Positions 35,893-46,622 of a DNA stretch of 64,000 bases are shown in pieces; the first letter of the stretch is position 1, and every line of letters starts with the position of its first letter. The notes below the pieces were generated by a model, which did no database searches, was not told where the DNA came from, and saw only the letters and a list, made by a program, of their open reading frames with translations. The stretch is from sequence record PQ309151.1. The stretch is one strand, 5' to 3'. The position numbers were made by a program, and so were the translations under genes.

Positions 35893-38073
35893 TCAAAAAA
35901 CGGTAGAACCCGAATCGACAACGCGTTTGTACACGCCATCGAGTAGATTCTTTTCGCTTCCTTTGTGGTAGCCGATTCGTTTCTCTTCACGGGTCTTCTT
36001 GATCATGTCCGTAACCGAGAACGTTTCGCCTTCTTCTTCAACCACACGAGAAACCAGAGCGCCGATTTCAGCTTCGATGCGCATCTGGACAAAGTGGTCT
36101 TGAGATGCAGCCAGTTTCTGAACCAGAGCCTGGATGTCATCGCGCAACTTACGTTGCTGGATTTCAAATTGAGACATTTCGCGCAAGGACTTCTTGGCGA
36201 GTGTGGATTGCATGATCGAAGCCGGGTCCAGACCGTACCAGGTCGGGTTCTGACCGAACATAGCAAACCAGCATGCAAGCAGCCATGCTACTGCACCGTC
36301 GTCGTGAGCGCCCTTGGGGTGATCGACTCGACCGTTCTTGACTTCGAGAGTCAGAATCTGATCGATGGTCTTGATATCGTTAACGCGATCCATCGCATGA
36401 CGAACTGCGTTTTGTAATACCTGACCAAAGAGGATCGAGCGAGCATTCTCACCAGAGCCAGACGTGTTGTATCCGAAGTAAGCCTTGTACTTGGTGTACA
36501 GGTCGCCCAGCACGTACTTGTCCGCGCGCTTGATTTCTTCCAGGACTTCACGATACTTCTCGGGATCCTGAGCTATCCGGTTAAAGAGTCGCTTGAATGC
36601 ATTTTGTCCAGTCATGCGGAACTTCAGGCACAACTGGTCGATGATTGCAGGACCCATGTTCTTGCATTCGATAACTGCTACCAGCTTCGGCCACCTCATC
36701 ATGATGTCATAGAGCCAGAGCGAATAGTCAATCACGTTGGACATGTTCACAAAACACGTCCCGATTGTTTCGAGCGTCGTGAGATCGAGATAGTTCATTG
36801 CGATCTCATCCTTACCCTGTGCCTGGGAAGGATCAATGCCGACGATGATGTTGCCTTCTTCCATGAGTTGGTCACGGACTTTCAGGCTAACGTACCACTT
36901 CGTGAGATAACGCGTCTTCGGATCGATTTCTGCAACGAAATCTTCCCGTTGGTTTTCACGAAGCGTGTTGAGTTGTTCGGTGGAAAGGGGAGATCCACGG
37001 CCACCAGAAGTCCAGATGTTGAAGTAATCGCGATCGGCTTCTTCGCCGCTAATCATTGCCTTCTTGATATTCTCGTAGTGTTGCTTATCCGAGATACCAA
37101 GCATGCGGTGACCAAAAGTGCAGTTGATTGCAAAGCCGTTTTTCGACGTTGCTTCCACCATCACCTTCAGGTCGTCCCAGTTACGTGCATCGTAGATCTT
37201 GTCCGTAAACGGGAACGAGTTCGACAAGATCTCATAAGCGTAATTGCCATCACGGTCATCTTTCTTACCGGCAGTAGTTGCCAGAATAATGCCGTGATGT
37301 GCGTTGTTTTCGCGAGCAGAAACGAATGCCGCGTTGGTTGTCGACAGAATCGTCGTCAGCGTAGCTTTCAGCCAGGAGATGTACGCAAATTCGTCAATCC
37401 GGATGTTGGCAGAAGTAAAGCCTCGGCCCACTTTGTAGGCGCCCTTCTCATCCATACGGGGAACGTGCGTCTCGTACTTGTTCTCAAGTGCGGACAAGTA
37501 GATGTATTCCTGGTTGTTCGGATCCTTCTTCGGCATCGAACGACGAAGATACGGAGGCAACACTTCCTCGTATTCCTTCAGACGCTCAATGTCATTACGA
37601 CGCAGCTGGTCTTCTTTCGTCAGCAAGTGAATGGATGAGTGAACCAGACCAAAGTTGAGCAGGTAGCGGTCGAGTGAAGCGATGTTAACCGACTTACCAG
37701 TCTGACGAGGCTGAATCAGGAATGTCGTGATGTGGTTGAAATAACTCCACCACAGAGCCAGGTTCCCGCGGTTTGCTAATACAGGGCTCGGTTGCATTGC
37801 ACCCTGAACGGGAATGCGTGCAATCTCACGGAAGTAGTACCAGGGGTTATCGAAACACTCCTGGGTAATCATCCCCTTGTATTCGAAGGTGAGAGTCGGA
37901 TCGAACGGATCGACACCAACCAAATCTTTGTTGTGCAACGCCAGGGGCCAGAGGTTATTCTGGATCCCCATGTCGTCAAGGATGTAACAGATGTCAATGA
38001 AAGACTTGTTCCGTGTATCCAGATCGATAGTCGCATCCGGATACCGGTTCCAGTCCTCTTGGAAAAGAATCAT
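35893..38073 (-). CDS. terL: Terminase large subunit (phiKZ gp25-like)
   Basis: Walker A PRQTGKS, Walker B IRIDEF, LATTAG, nuclease VGIDPS and HDD. Confidence 0.95.
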   Translation of the reverse strand: MILFQEDWNRYPDATIDLDTRNKSFIDICYILDDMGIQNNLWPLALHNKDLVGVDPFDPTLTFEYKGMITQECFDNPWYYFREIARIPVQGAMQPSPVLANRGNLALWWSYFNHITTFLIQPRQTGKSVNIASLDRYLLNFGLVHSSIHLLTKEDQLRRNDIERLKEYEEVLPPYLRRSMPKKDPNNQEYIYLSALENKYETHVPRMDEKGAYKVGRGFTSANIRIDEFAYISWLKATLTTILSTTNAAFVSARENNAHHGIILATTAGKKDDRDGNYAYEILSNSFPFTDKIYDARNWDDLKVMVEATSKNGFAINCTFGHRMLGISDKQHYENIKKAMISGEEADRDYFNIWTSGGRGSPLSTEQLNTLRENQREDFVAEIDPKTRYLTKWYVSLKVRDQLMEEGNIIVGIDPSQAQGKDEIAMNYLDLTTLETIGTCFVNMSNVIDYSLWLYDIMMRWPKLVAVIECKNMGPAIIDQLCLKFRMTGQNAFKRLFNRIAQDPEKYREVLEEIKRADKYVLGDLYTKYKAYFGYNTSGSGENARSILFGQVLQNAVRHAMDRVNDIKTIDQILTLEVKNGRVDHPKGAHDDGAVAWLLACWFAMFGQNPTWYGLDPASIMQSTLAKKSLREMSQFEIQQRKLRDDIQALVQKLAASQDHFVQMRIEAEIGALVSRVVEEEGETFSVTDMIKKTREEKRIGYHKGSEKNLLDGVYKRVVDSGSTVF

Positions 38074-38108
38074 AGAGGGAATCCGAGCATATGGGTCATA
38101 AGGTTAGT

Positions 38109-38136
38109 GACTGACTGGGCTTTCGCCCAGTCAGTC
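38109..38136. terminator. Hairpin between the gp26-like gene and terminase
   Basis: GACTGACTGGGC-TTTC-GCCCAGTCAGTC. Confidence 0.7.
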
Positions 38137-38146
38137 TATCGCTTAA

Positions 38147-39865
38147 TTACCAGGTGGATACCTGTTGGATCGGCACGCCGGCCTGTCCGAGAACGATATC
38201 GTCCGTCGGACCTTGCTTGACAAACGTGAGGAACCACGTCTGGTCTTGCAGCACCGGGAAGTTGACCGTGAACTTCGCGTTCCAGTAATCCGCGATCGCC
38301 AGACGAATCTTGTTCGTCGAGCCGCCATCGCTGAAGATGACGTGATCGGGAGTCGGTGCGTCTTCTTCCAACTGCGGGTTGGTCAGAGGACGAGTGTTTT
38401 CGTAGAACGCGGTGAGCCAGTTCTCGACCGAGCCGTAGCCCGATTGCAGATTGACTTCGCACAGGTTCTGGTTGATGAACTTGGACTTGACCACGTTCGT
38501 ATCTCCGTATTCCGGGGTTTGGTTCGGATCGAAGGCGATCTTCCACAGCGTGCTCGCACCATCGAAGTTCGCACCGCTCTTGAGCAGAGTGATACCGACG
38601 GTTTGAATGAAGCGGTAAGCGCGCCAGCTGCCATTGACCTTCGAGAGGTCGATAGCCATCGTGAGGTTCTGCTTGACGCCGTACAGGGTCGGGCTGAACG
38701 CCGGGCTGTTTGCACCGAGTTCGACGATACCGGTAACGTCGTAGCAGATGTTCCGATCGAGGTTGAGCATGAACCAACGCAGGCGATAGCCATTGATCGG
38801 ATCTTGCCAGACCGGGAACGGATAAAGCTTGACGGTGAGCTGGTTCTCGACGTCCACGACCACCACATCCACGTCTTGCATGATGAAGCGGTTCGTACCT
38901 TGAGCACCACCGACGTAGCTGACTTCGCCACCGAGCAGGTTGTACTTGAGCTTGAACGTTGCGTGCTCGCCTGCCTGAGTTGGCGCGAATTCACGCATAC
39001 CCAGCAGTTCGAAACGAGTACCATCGACGTTGTATTGCTTGGAGCCACCACTGTTGTAGTTCACCAGGCCGTACAGGTTGATCGAGTTCAACGTCAAATT
39101 CAGCGGCACTTCCAGACGGTTCGCCACCAGCTTGGAAACCAGCGGACCCTGGAGAGCAATGCCCGTCACAGCAGCAATCGACTGATCGGTCGAAGCTGTG
39201 AACGACGTCACTACAGCACGCAGTTCCTTGGACGAGAGTACTGCACCCGTGTCGTCGAACAACGTCACGTACAGGAAATCGCCGTTCTTGATGTCCGTGT
39301 TCGTGTAGGCCGTCGGGATGTAGTACTGCGCTTTGTTGATGCCGTTGGGCATGACGCCCAGTTGCAGAGGAATCTGCGTGCCGATCGGTTGACCCGATTG
39401 GTCCAGTACCAGGCTGACGATTTCTTCGACGCCGTTGATGGGGTTGCCGCGATACACGCGAGCCGTGGAGGCATTGCGTGCATTGACGTAACAACGCGCA
39501 TCGACTTGCAGACGATACGGTTTCGTCGTCGGATCGATGAAGCAGCGGAACGCGTCCTTGGTCTGACCAATGAGCACGTCTTCCGAGTCCATGTCGGCGA
39601 TCGGTTTCGGAGTGACACGTACGAGCGTGGGAACCCACAGATCCGAGAAGCCGGTCACCTTGTAGGTGATGCCGTAATCGGTATCCTCGACGTAGTCGTT
39701 GATTTTCGGGATGTAACGACCGGTAGCGTCAGCACCCAGGTAGACTTGGGCTTTCGACCATTGTCTCCAGAGCGGCTCCGTATCCCAGTTCTTAATCGGC
39801 AGGCCGCCGTCACTCCCCCACGGAAGGGGAGTATCCGGGACCGTGGCCGTTGTCGTGTCAGCCAT
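38147..39865 (-). CDS. Virion structural protein (phiKZ gp26-like, baseplate region)
   Basis: 572 aa, beta-rich, adjacent to terminase. Confidence 0.7.
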   Translation of the reverse strand: MADTTTATVPDTPLPWGSDGGLPIKNWDTEPLWRQWSKAQVYLGADATGRYIPKINDYVEDTDYGITYKVTGFSDLWVPTLVRVTPKPIADMDSEDVLIGQTKDAFRCFIDPTTKPYRLQVDARCYVNARNASTARVYRGNPINGVEEIVSLVLDQSGQPIGTQIPLQLGVMPNGINKAQYYIPTAYTNTDIKNGDFLYVTLFDDTGAVLSSKELRAVVTSFTASTDQSIAAVTGIALQGPLVSKLVANRLEVPLNLTLNSINLYGLVNYNSGGSKQYNVDGTRFELLGMREFAPTQAGEHATFKLKYNLLGGEVSYVGGAQGTNRFIMQDVDVVVVDVENQLTVKLYPFPVWQDPINGYRLRWFMLNLDRNICYDVTGIVELGANSPAFSPTLYGVKQNLTMAIDLSKVNGSWRAYRFIQTVGITLLKSGANFDGASTLWKIAFDPNQTPEYGDTNVVKSKFINQNLCEVNLQSGYGSVENWLTAFYENTRPLTNPQLEEDAPTPDHVIFSDGGSTNKIRLAIADYWNAKFTVNFPVLQDQTWFLTFVKQGPTDDIVLGQAGVPIQQVSTW

Positions 39866-39877
39866 GGAACTTTACCT

Positions 39878-42475
39878 TTAGGTGATAGCTTTCAAACGGA
39901 GGAATTGGTTGAGCACAACCTTGCCCTTCATGTAGACCTGAATCACATAGGACAGGAAGTTGTAGTAGTAGATGTCGATGTCAACCACGTTCTCCAGGAA
40001 GTGCGGATGGATGATAACGTAATTGGAATCGACAGCATTTGCAGTCTGCGTCGGGTCGTACGCGAGGAGCCATTCGTAAGGCGCACACAGCTGCTTCACG
40101 AAGTCCATGTTGTACTGAACCTTCAACTGATTGATGTCAATCGTCCCAGCCAGGCAATCGTACATGATCTTGCACAGGAAGGGACTGAACACCGGATACA
40201 CGCCCGGCAAGACGTCAGGACCGCTCGGAGTCGGTTCCGGCAGCTTGGCTGAGAGGTAATCACTTACCGCTTTGTCGATGGCGCGTGCGCTATCACGCCA
40301 GGTATATGTGTCGCCGTTCGTGAGAGAACGCATCGGAACGATCATGTCTCGCACCGAATACGGTTCACCATTGTTGCCATCGGGAACAGATACGAGTGCG
40401 TCGCTTTCCGAGAAAATCAGATCGTCACGATGACGCAGTCGACCATCCACGACGATACGCAGAACGCGGTCGTCTCGCAGATTGAAGATCGAGTTACGCG
40501 ACAGCAGGTCGTACTTCAGGAAGCCGTTGTCTTCCGGCATCTGACGAGTGAGATCGCTCTTGCAGAAGCCAGACATCCGAACAGCAATCTGCTGAGGCTG
40601 ATTTGCCGGATCCACAAGGTACTTCTTGTTGCAGATCACAACCTTCGGCCACTGAACGAAATAGTCCAGCTTTTCAGTCAGACCACGCGAGTTGATCATG
40701 ATGTCCAACTCACCACCGGGAACGTCCATCGCCTGAGCACCGACCACGCCGTTCTTCGTCACGTACTTGATCAGATCGAATTCGATTACGCCATCGGGGA
40801 ATTGCTGAGTGATCATGTACCCGAGCGAATTCTTATCCGAACGAACCAGCGTCGAGTAATTGTTCATGTTGATGAGCCAGGTCAGCTGGTTGTTGATAAC
40901 CGAATACTGACCGGAACCCGTCACATCTTTCCAGTTGTTCTGGAGAACACCACCGATCTTGTCGCAAACATACATGCGATAGTTCAGCGTGGGGTCCAGC
41001 GTCTGGACTTGAGTGTCGTAGACTTCGTCGAGCGATTGTGCCACATGGCCGTAGATGGCTTCCACGAGCGTACACGTCTGATTCTGCACGACGTATCGAT
41101 CGCCCACATCGTGGAGATACCAACCGAGCAAAAGGCCGTCTGCGTCGTACTCATAGCACGTAGCATTCTCATACATGCCCTGCGGGAGATCCACCATCTT
41201 CACGCCGTCAATCGTGACGACCTTCAAAGGCGTATCGCCCAGCACTTTCGATACAGCGTTGTAACCCAGTGCCGATTGAACCATGTCACGAGTGATCAGC
41301 TGGTCGTTCGGTTGACCATTCAGCGTGCTGTTGGTCAAACGCATGATCTTCGTGTAGTCCGATGCTTCGAGAACAGCGGCTTGCCAGTTCGACACAGTGG
41401 CGTTATCGCCAATCATCGCAGGCAAGAAATCGCCCTCATGCAACTTGTACAGTTCGTGAATGCGATTCTTCTCGTAAACCAGAGGACGGTTATAACCGCT
41501 CTCACGGATCAGTGCCAGAACACGACATTGCTGTGGATCAGTCCAGCCAGGTTTCCCATCGACGAACGAGTTGATGAGCTGAACGCTCATCGAATAGTCT
41601 TTGTGCGTCACCATCCGCATAGCTGCAGCGGTGTTCTTGTGGTGATAGACACCGTTCGGCTTGGCAGCAGCAGGGCGTTGGATCAGGAACAGATCCACGT
41701 CATCCTGGTATTCGATCCGCGTCATTGCGTCCGAATAGTGGAGCAAGTACTTACGCTCGCCATCCAGAGTTGAGTCGAATGTCGGAAGAGAGCTCACCGG
41801 ATACTCGACGACCTTTGTCACCGATGCATCGTAGAACCATTCCACCAGGTCGCCCACCTTGCAGGTGAGCGGGCTGATTTCTTCAGACCAGTAACCGTTG
41901 ATGATTGCGTAGGCGTAGCCCGGCTTCGCACGGTACTGGTTGAATCTCGTCTGCATGGCCAGGATGTCGGTCGACATCAGAGGCGACTTGCCGTCTGCTA
42001 CGATCGCTTCAGTGTAGCCTTGGCTACGAGCCGATTGCCAGAACGCATTCGTGTAGACTCGGAAGAAGATGTCTTCCGTGTTGTAGTCCACGTTCAGCAG
42101 TTTGTCTTCTTTCTTCGTGGCGATGATGATGTTCTTCGATTTCGTCACCATGTAGTAGGTTTCGAACTTCGGAAGCATCACACCTTTTTCGGTGTAAGCC
42201 TCGGCCACCATACCCATCTTGTTACTCACGTCCAGGAAGCTGATCCATTCATTCTGAACCGGGAAGAACCCGAAGTAGTCCGGATGAATCTGACCAACCT
42301 GATAGACGTGGTAGTAATGCTGGTTGTCGGGGAGATAGATCTGAAGCCAGTCGATCTCCAGTTTAACGTACTCACCGCCAAATTGGCTGATCCGCTTGGG
42401 ACGGGCACGGAACTGCTTGTCCTGCCTCGGTGAGCACCAAATATTCTTCAGTGCATAATCGACAAGGTAATCCAT
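39878..42475 (-). CDS. Virion structural/baseplate protein (phiKZ gp27-like)
   Basis: 865 aa. N-terminal DYALKNIWCSPRQDKQ typical of the family, plus synteny. Confidence 0.75.
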   Translation of the reverse strand: MDYLVDYALKNIWCSPRQDKQFRARPKRISQFGGEYVKLEIDWLQIYLPDNQHYYHVYQVGQIHPDYFGFFPVQNEWISFLDVSNKMGMVAEAYTEKGVMLPKFETYYMVTKSKNIIIATKKEDKLLNVDYNTEDIFFRVYTNAFWQSARSQGYTEAIVADGKSPLMSTDILAMQTRFNQYRAKPGYAYAIINGYWSEEISPLTCKVGDLVEWFYDASVTKVVEYPVSSLPTFDSTLDGERKYLLHYSDAMTRIEYQDDVDLFLIQRPAAAKPNGVYHHKNTAAAMRMVTHKDYSMSVQLINSFVDGKPGWTDPQQCRVLALIRESGYNRPLVYEKNRIHELYKLHEGDFLPAMIGDNATVSNWQAAVLEASDYTKIMRLTNSTLNGQPNDQLITRDMVQSALGYNAVSKVLGDTPLKVVTIDGVKMVDLPQGMYENATCYEYDADGLLLGWYLHDVGDRYVVQNQTCTLVEAIYGHVAQSLDEVYDTQVQTLDPTLNYRMYVCDKIGGVLQNNWKDVTGSGQYSVINNQLTWLINMNNYSTLVRSDKNSLGYMITQQFPDGVIEFDLIKYVTKNGVVGAQAMDVPGGELDIMINSRGLTEKLDYFVQWPKVVICNKKYLVDPANQPQQIAVRMSGFCKSDLTRQMPEDNGFLKYDLLSRNSIFNLRDDRVLRIVVDGRLRHRDDLIFSESDALVSVPDGNNGEPYSVRDMIVPMRSLTNGDTYTWRDSARAIDKAVSDYLSAKLPEPTPSGPDVLPGVYPVFSPFLCKIMYDCLAGTIDINQLKVQYNMDFVKQLCAPYEWLLAYDPTQTANAVDSNYVIIHPHFLENVVDIDIYYYNFLSYVIQVYMKGKVVLNQFLRLKAIT

Positions 42476-42544
42476 TTTTCGACGCCATAAAAAGAGGTTT
42501 CCCTACCCACCGGGATTGCCGGCAGGTAGGGTATCGAGCTTGTC

Positions 42545-43444
42545 TTACGACTTCAACGTTGCGGTGATTTGCAGCAGGAAGTCGTCAGCCGAGTTCTTCG
42601 CCGGTACCCGTTCGATCATCTTGGAAAGCTGCGAACGATGGTAAGCACGTTCCGACATCGCTGCCGTGATCATGGCCAGGAACGTCGGGACGTGTTCGAC
42701 AGAACACGCTACGATCTCGTGCGAATTGGCGCCGTACCAAGTCGAATTGAGAATCGGATACAACACGATGGAACTGAAGTTCTTCAGACGGATGTTGCCA
42801 ACCACGTCTTCAGCACGCTCACAGAAGTCCGTGATGTCCTTGACGTAAGCCTGGCCATCCAGGACCTGCATGATCGCTTCAGCGCCGATACGGGTCGCTT
42901 TTGCGATGCCTTGACAGATCTTGAGGTAGTCTTTTTCATCCGGATGTTCGGCGTTGTCGAACAGCGAATAATAGAACCAGGCAGCAAAGATCGTCAGCTT
43001 GTACTGATCCTCTGGCTCCAGGCCGAAACGTCTGCTGATGTTTTCACCCAGCCAGGAGGAATAAACACTCGCCGGAAGAGGACTCATCGCACGGAAAAGC
43101 ACGGGAGGCTCCGTACGCCAGATGGCTTCCAGACCAGCACGCGCCAAAAGCAGATTGTAGTCAGCCTGCGAATTGATCTTCAATTCACCGCTTTGACGGT
43201 TCTTCGTAACGAAGTGCCGAGCGTCGACATACAGACCATCGTATGGATGCTTTTCGACGTACAAGGGGTGTGAAAATGCAGGGATGTCGACCGGCCATTC
43301 CGAGCTGTCTTCGATGACAGTGTAGCCTTCGTCATTTTTTGCAAGATAATTTGATACCGTTGCTTTTACGAGTGCCGCTTGAGTCGGCTCGGTGTGGTAT
43401 CGGCGGCCGAAAGTGGTGTCGTACGCTGAAAGAAAAACAGGCAT
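42545..43444 (-). CDS. Conserved phiKZ-like protein (gp28-like)
   Basis: 299 aa, divergent from the tail sheath gene. Confidence 0.7.
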   Translation of the reverse strand: MPVFLSAYDTTFGRRYHTEPTQAALVKATVSNYLAKNDEGYTVIEDSSEWPVDIPAFSHPLYVEKHPYDGLYVDARHFVTKNRQSGELKINSQADYNLLLARAGLEAIWRTEPPVLFRAMSPLPASVYSSWLGENISRRFGLEPEDQYKLTIFAAWFYYSLFDNAEHPDEKDYLKICQGIAKATRIGAEAIMQVLDGQAYVKDITDFCERAEDVVGNIRLKNFSSIVLYPILNSTWYGANSHEIVACSVEHVPTFLAMITAAMSERAYHRSQLSKMIERVPAKNSADDFLLQITATLKS

Positions 43445-43554
43445 TTTTTGCCACCTCTAAACATGTATTTTTTTATTGCCGTAGCCCGACAATAAAGGAA
43501 TTGGTTTCGAAATAAACGTCATATCATGAACTCATTTTCTAAGGAAGGCTGACG

Positions 43555-45666
43555 ATGGCAACTGCCAACTTCAACTCGATGCCTCAGAACGTTAACAACG
43601 GGGCACGAGACAAATCCGTTCCGGATCCGATCCTGACCGCGAAGCAGTATGCCACGCATCTGCCGCTGTGGTTCATCTTCGCCCAGAAGGGTCCGTCGAC
43701 GCGCACCGTTGCGGATGGTCCGACACGAGAACAGCTGTACGGCTCTTCGTCTTTCGACGTGAGCTCACCGTACTTCACCCACGCCACCGAATTCGCGAAC
43801 CAAGCGAACGAGAAGGGCAACCAGAGCATTTATCAGCGTGTCGTCCCGGCTGACGCCAAGACCGCGATGATGCGCTTGTGGCTCGACGTTCTGCCGCTTC
43901 AGGTTCCCGAGTACAAGCGTGGTACCGACGGCAAGTACCTGCTCGACCAAACGGGCAACCCGCAGACCACGGGCACGAAAGTCGCTGGTTACCAGCTGAA
44001 AGTCGTGAAGACCCCGATCGATGGCACGCTGCCCAACGGCGGACCCTTCGGTCAGGCGTCGCAAATGGTCGGCGACCAGGTCGACGTGCCGAGCAACACG
44101 CAGTCGACCCGTTATCCGTGGATGGATATCCCTGTTTCGTTTGCCGGCTTGTACGGTGACGACCTCGGTTTCCGTGCATGGGCGCCGGTCGCTGGTTCGC
44201 GCGTCACTCCCGACGCAGAACTGCTCGAAGTGAACAAGTGCTACCCGTACGTGTTCGCTTGCCTGGATCGTTCCTCGGACACGATTCAGAACGTGCAATC
44301 GGTCAGCGGTACGCAAGAAATCACGGCGGTCTTCCGCCGCGGCCAAGTGAAAGCTTCGGTCGGTAACCAGGACATCTCGTTCGAATCGCGCTTCTACGAT
44401 TCGTACAACGATCGTGAACGTACGGGCCTCGCGCCGCTGTATGGTCCGTTCGACAACGTCCATCTGTACTACGACAACCTCGTCGCAGTGCTGAAGCTGT
44501 TGTACACGGCTGAACAACCGTTCATCGATTCGTTCTCGGACTTCGATGGCTCGGGCTTCACCAACACCGACGAAGGCGAAATCTTCCGTTTCAACTTCCT
44601 CGGCGGCAAGACCTCGGGCGGTGTGCCGTATCACTCGTTCATCATCAACCGCAACGACGCGAACGCTGAAGCAATGAGCGACATCTCGACGGTGTGGGCT
44701 GAAGGTGGCGCTGATGGCGACATCTCGCTGAACAACTTCAACCGTCTGGTTCAGACGGAAATGGAGAAGTACGGCGACATCAACCAGGAAGTCACGGACG
44801 ACCGTCTGGGCAACCCGCAAAGCATCTTCTGGGATTCGGGCTTCGACTCCGAGTGCAAGATGGCCATGGCCAACTTCATCGGCGTTCGCAAGGACACCCA
44901 GCTGGTGTGGTGCCTGCAAGATGCACAAGCGGCTCAGCCGCTGACCGCCGACGAAGAATCGTCGATGGCAATCGCGCTGTTCACGCGCGCTCAACAGATG
45001 CCCGAATCGACGGAATACGGTACGTCTGCAATCCGTGCGATGATCGTCGCATGTGACGGCATTCTGATCGGTTCCACGAACCGCAAGCGTCTGCCGCTGT
45101 CGCTGGAAATCCTGTCGAAGTCCGCTGAATACATGGGTGCTGGTAACGGCCTGTGGAAGTCGGCGTTCCGCTTCTCGCATGGTACCCGCGCAGAAGTGAC
45201 GCTGTTCCGCGACGTCAACGTCGTGTGGCGTCCGATTTCGGCTCGTCAGCGTGACTGGGCAAACGGCATGGTCTACGTCCAGAAGAAGGACATGGATACG
45301 CTGTTCTTCCCGGGTCTCCGTACGGTGTACGCTGTGGATCAGTCGATCTTCACGTCGTTCATCACCTCGTGCGTTCTCGTCGACTTGCAAAAGACGGCAG
45401 ACCGCGTGTGGTCGGAATTCACGGGTGCGGACGAGTACTCGAACGAACAGTTCAAGAAGTACGTGGAGCAAGAGTTCTCCAAGGCGATCGAAGGCAAGTA
45501 CGACAACCGCGTCACCGTGGTTCCGACTGTCTCGTTCACCGCCGTGGACGAATACAACGGCTTCTCGTGGACTCTGAACGTCGACCTGGGTGCCGACAAC
45601 ATGAAGACCGTCCAGTACACCGTGCTGACGGGCTATCGTCAAGAATCCATGCCGTCGGCTAACTAA
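43555..45666 (+). CDS. Contractile tail sheath protein (phiKZ gp29-like)
   Basis: 703 aa with HLPLWFIFAQKGP, FWDSGF and a typical sheath C-terminus. Followed by the tube gene. Confidence 0.92.
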   Translation: MATANFNSMPQNVNNGARDKSVPDPILTAKQYATHLPLWFIFAQKGPSTRTVADGPTREQLYGSSSFDVSSPYFTHATEFANQANEKGNQSIYQRVVPADAKTAMMRLWLDVLPLQVPEYKRGTDGKYLLDQTGNPQTTGTKVAGYQLKVVKTPIDGTLPNGGPFGQASQMVGDQVDVPSNTQSTRYPWMDIPVSFAGLYGDDLGFRAWAPVAGSRVTPDAELLEVNKCYPYVFACLDRSSDTIQNVQSVSGTQEITAVFRRGQVKASVGNQDISFESRFYDSYNDRERTGLAPLYGPFDNVHLYYDNLVAVLKLLYTAEQPFIDSFSDFDGSGFTNTDEGEIFRFNFLGGKTSGGVPYHSFIINRNDANAEAMSDISTVWAEGGADGDISLNNFNRLVQTEMEKYGDINQEVTDDRLGNPQSIFWDSGFDSECKMAMANFIGVRKDTQLVWCLQDAQAAQPLTADEESSMAIALFTRAQQMPESTEYGTSAIRAMIVACDGILIGSTNRKRLPLSLEILSKSAEYMGAGNGLWKSAFRFSHGTRAEVTLFRDVNVVWRPISARQRDWANGMVYVQKKDMDTLFFPGLRTVYAVDQSIFTSFITSCVLVDLQKTADRVWSEFTGADEYSNEQFKKYVEQEFSKAIEGKYDNRVTVVPTVSFTAVDEYNGFSWTLNVDLGADNMKTVQYTVLTGYRQESMPSAN

Positions 45667-45684
45667 ACAGCGAGGAGCTAAAAC

Positions 45685-46551
45685 ATGAGCCGCATGTCCG
45701 ACTCGATGGTTCTTCCCGGTGTTGGTATTTCCAGCAACGTGGGCCGTCGCATGAGCAACCCGAACTACGGTGGCGTGATGGGCTGGTCGCCCAATCCGAC
45801 ACAGTGGGTCAACAAAACCGGTTACGTTCGTCGTAACCTCATCCCGATCGTCCTGCGTGCGCCGGCTGGCTTTGCCTACCTGCCCAATCCGGACGACTGG
45901 TACGCAGCCACGCGTTCGATCTTCGAAACGCACCCGATCAGCATCGAAGGTCTGAACTCGACGCTGACGGTGGCTGCATCCGACACCCCGTACGGTGGTG
46001 CTGGTGAACAGTTCCAGGATCCGACCAACGTGACTCGCGAGCGTACCTCGCCGAGCTTTACGCTGCCGGATCTCTACGGTGCGCCGATCAACGCGTACCT
46101 GGAATCGTGGATCCAGTACCTCATCATGGATCCGGAAACGAAGACGGCCCTCGTGAACACGCTGGGTGGTCAAGTTCCTCCGGACATGATGGCGGACATT
46201 TACACGATGGACATGCTCTTCATCGAGCCGGATCCGCAACAGTCCACGGTTATCCGTGCCTGGATCGTGTACAACATGTTCCCGCTCTCGGGTGGCGAAA
46301 CCACTGGCCGTCGTGACATCACGACCGACATGGAACAGATCCGCTACACCATCCAGATGGCCGGCTTCGCGCAGGTCGGTACGGGTGTGAAGGCGTTCGC
46401 GCAATCCGTCCTCGACGGTATGCGTATCGCTGGTGCGAATCCGTACCATCGTCGTACGTACCTGGAAGGTATCGACGCGGACATCCTCCGTGCTCGTACC
46501 GGCTTCGGCAACCAGATCCAGGAACTGTCCGACAACCAAGTCGTGGTGTAA
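45685..46551 (+). CDS. Tail tube protein (phiKZ gp30-like)
   Basis: 288 aa directly after the sheath. YVRRNLIPIVLRAP...AWIVYNMFP. Confidence 0.88.
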   Translation: MSRMSDSMVLPGVGISSNVGRRMSNPNYGGVMGWSPNPTQWVNKTGYVRRNLIPIVLRAPAGFAYLPNPDDWYAATRSIFETHPISIEGLNSTLTVAASDTPYGGAGEQFQDPTNVTRERTSPSFTLPDLYGAPINAYLESWIQYLIMDPETKTALVNTLGGQVPPDMMADIYTMDMLFIEPDPQQSTVIRAWIVYNMFPLSGGETTGRRDITTDMEQIRYTIQMAGFAQVGTGVKAFAQSVLDGMRIAGANPYHRRTYLEGIDADILRARTGFGNQIQELSDNQVVV

Positions 46552-46572
46552 ATCTCGGCTTAAAGAAGCAAA

Positions 46573-46612
46573 AAAAATACCACCGGTCCCGAAAGGGGCT
46601 GGTGGTATTTTT
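46573..46612. terminator. Bidirectional terminator
   Basis: AAAAATACCACC...GAAA...GGTGGTATTTTT with T-runs on both strands. Confidence 0.85.
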
Positions 46613-46622
46613 GCCGCCTACG

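Noticed and set aside
43765-46539. 924-aa antisense ORF, and similar long shadow ORFs opposite chimallin, vRNAP, gp27-like, lipoprotein and gp181-like genes
   Set aside because: They mirror real genes whose codon bias avoids TTA, CTA and TCA. The translations have no motifs.
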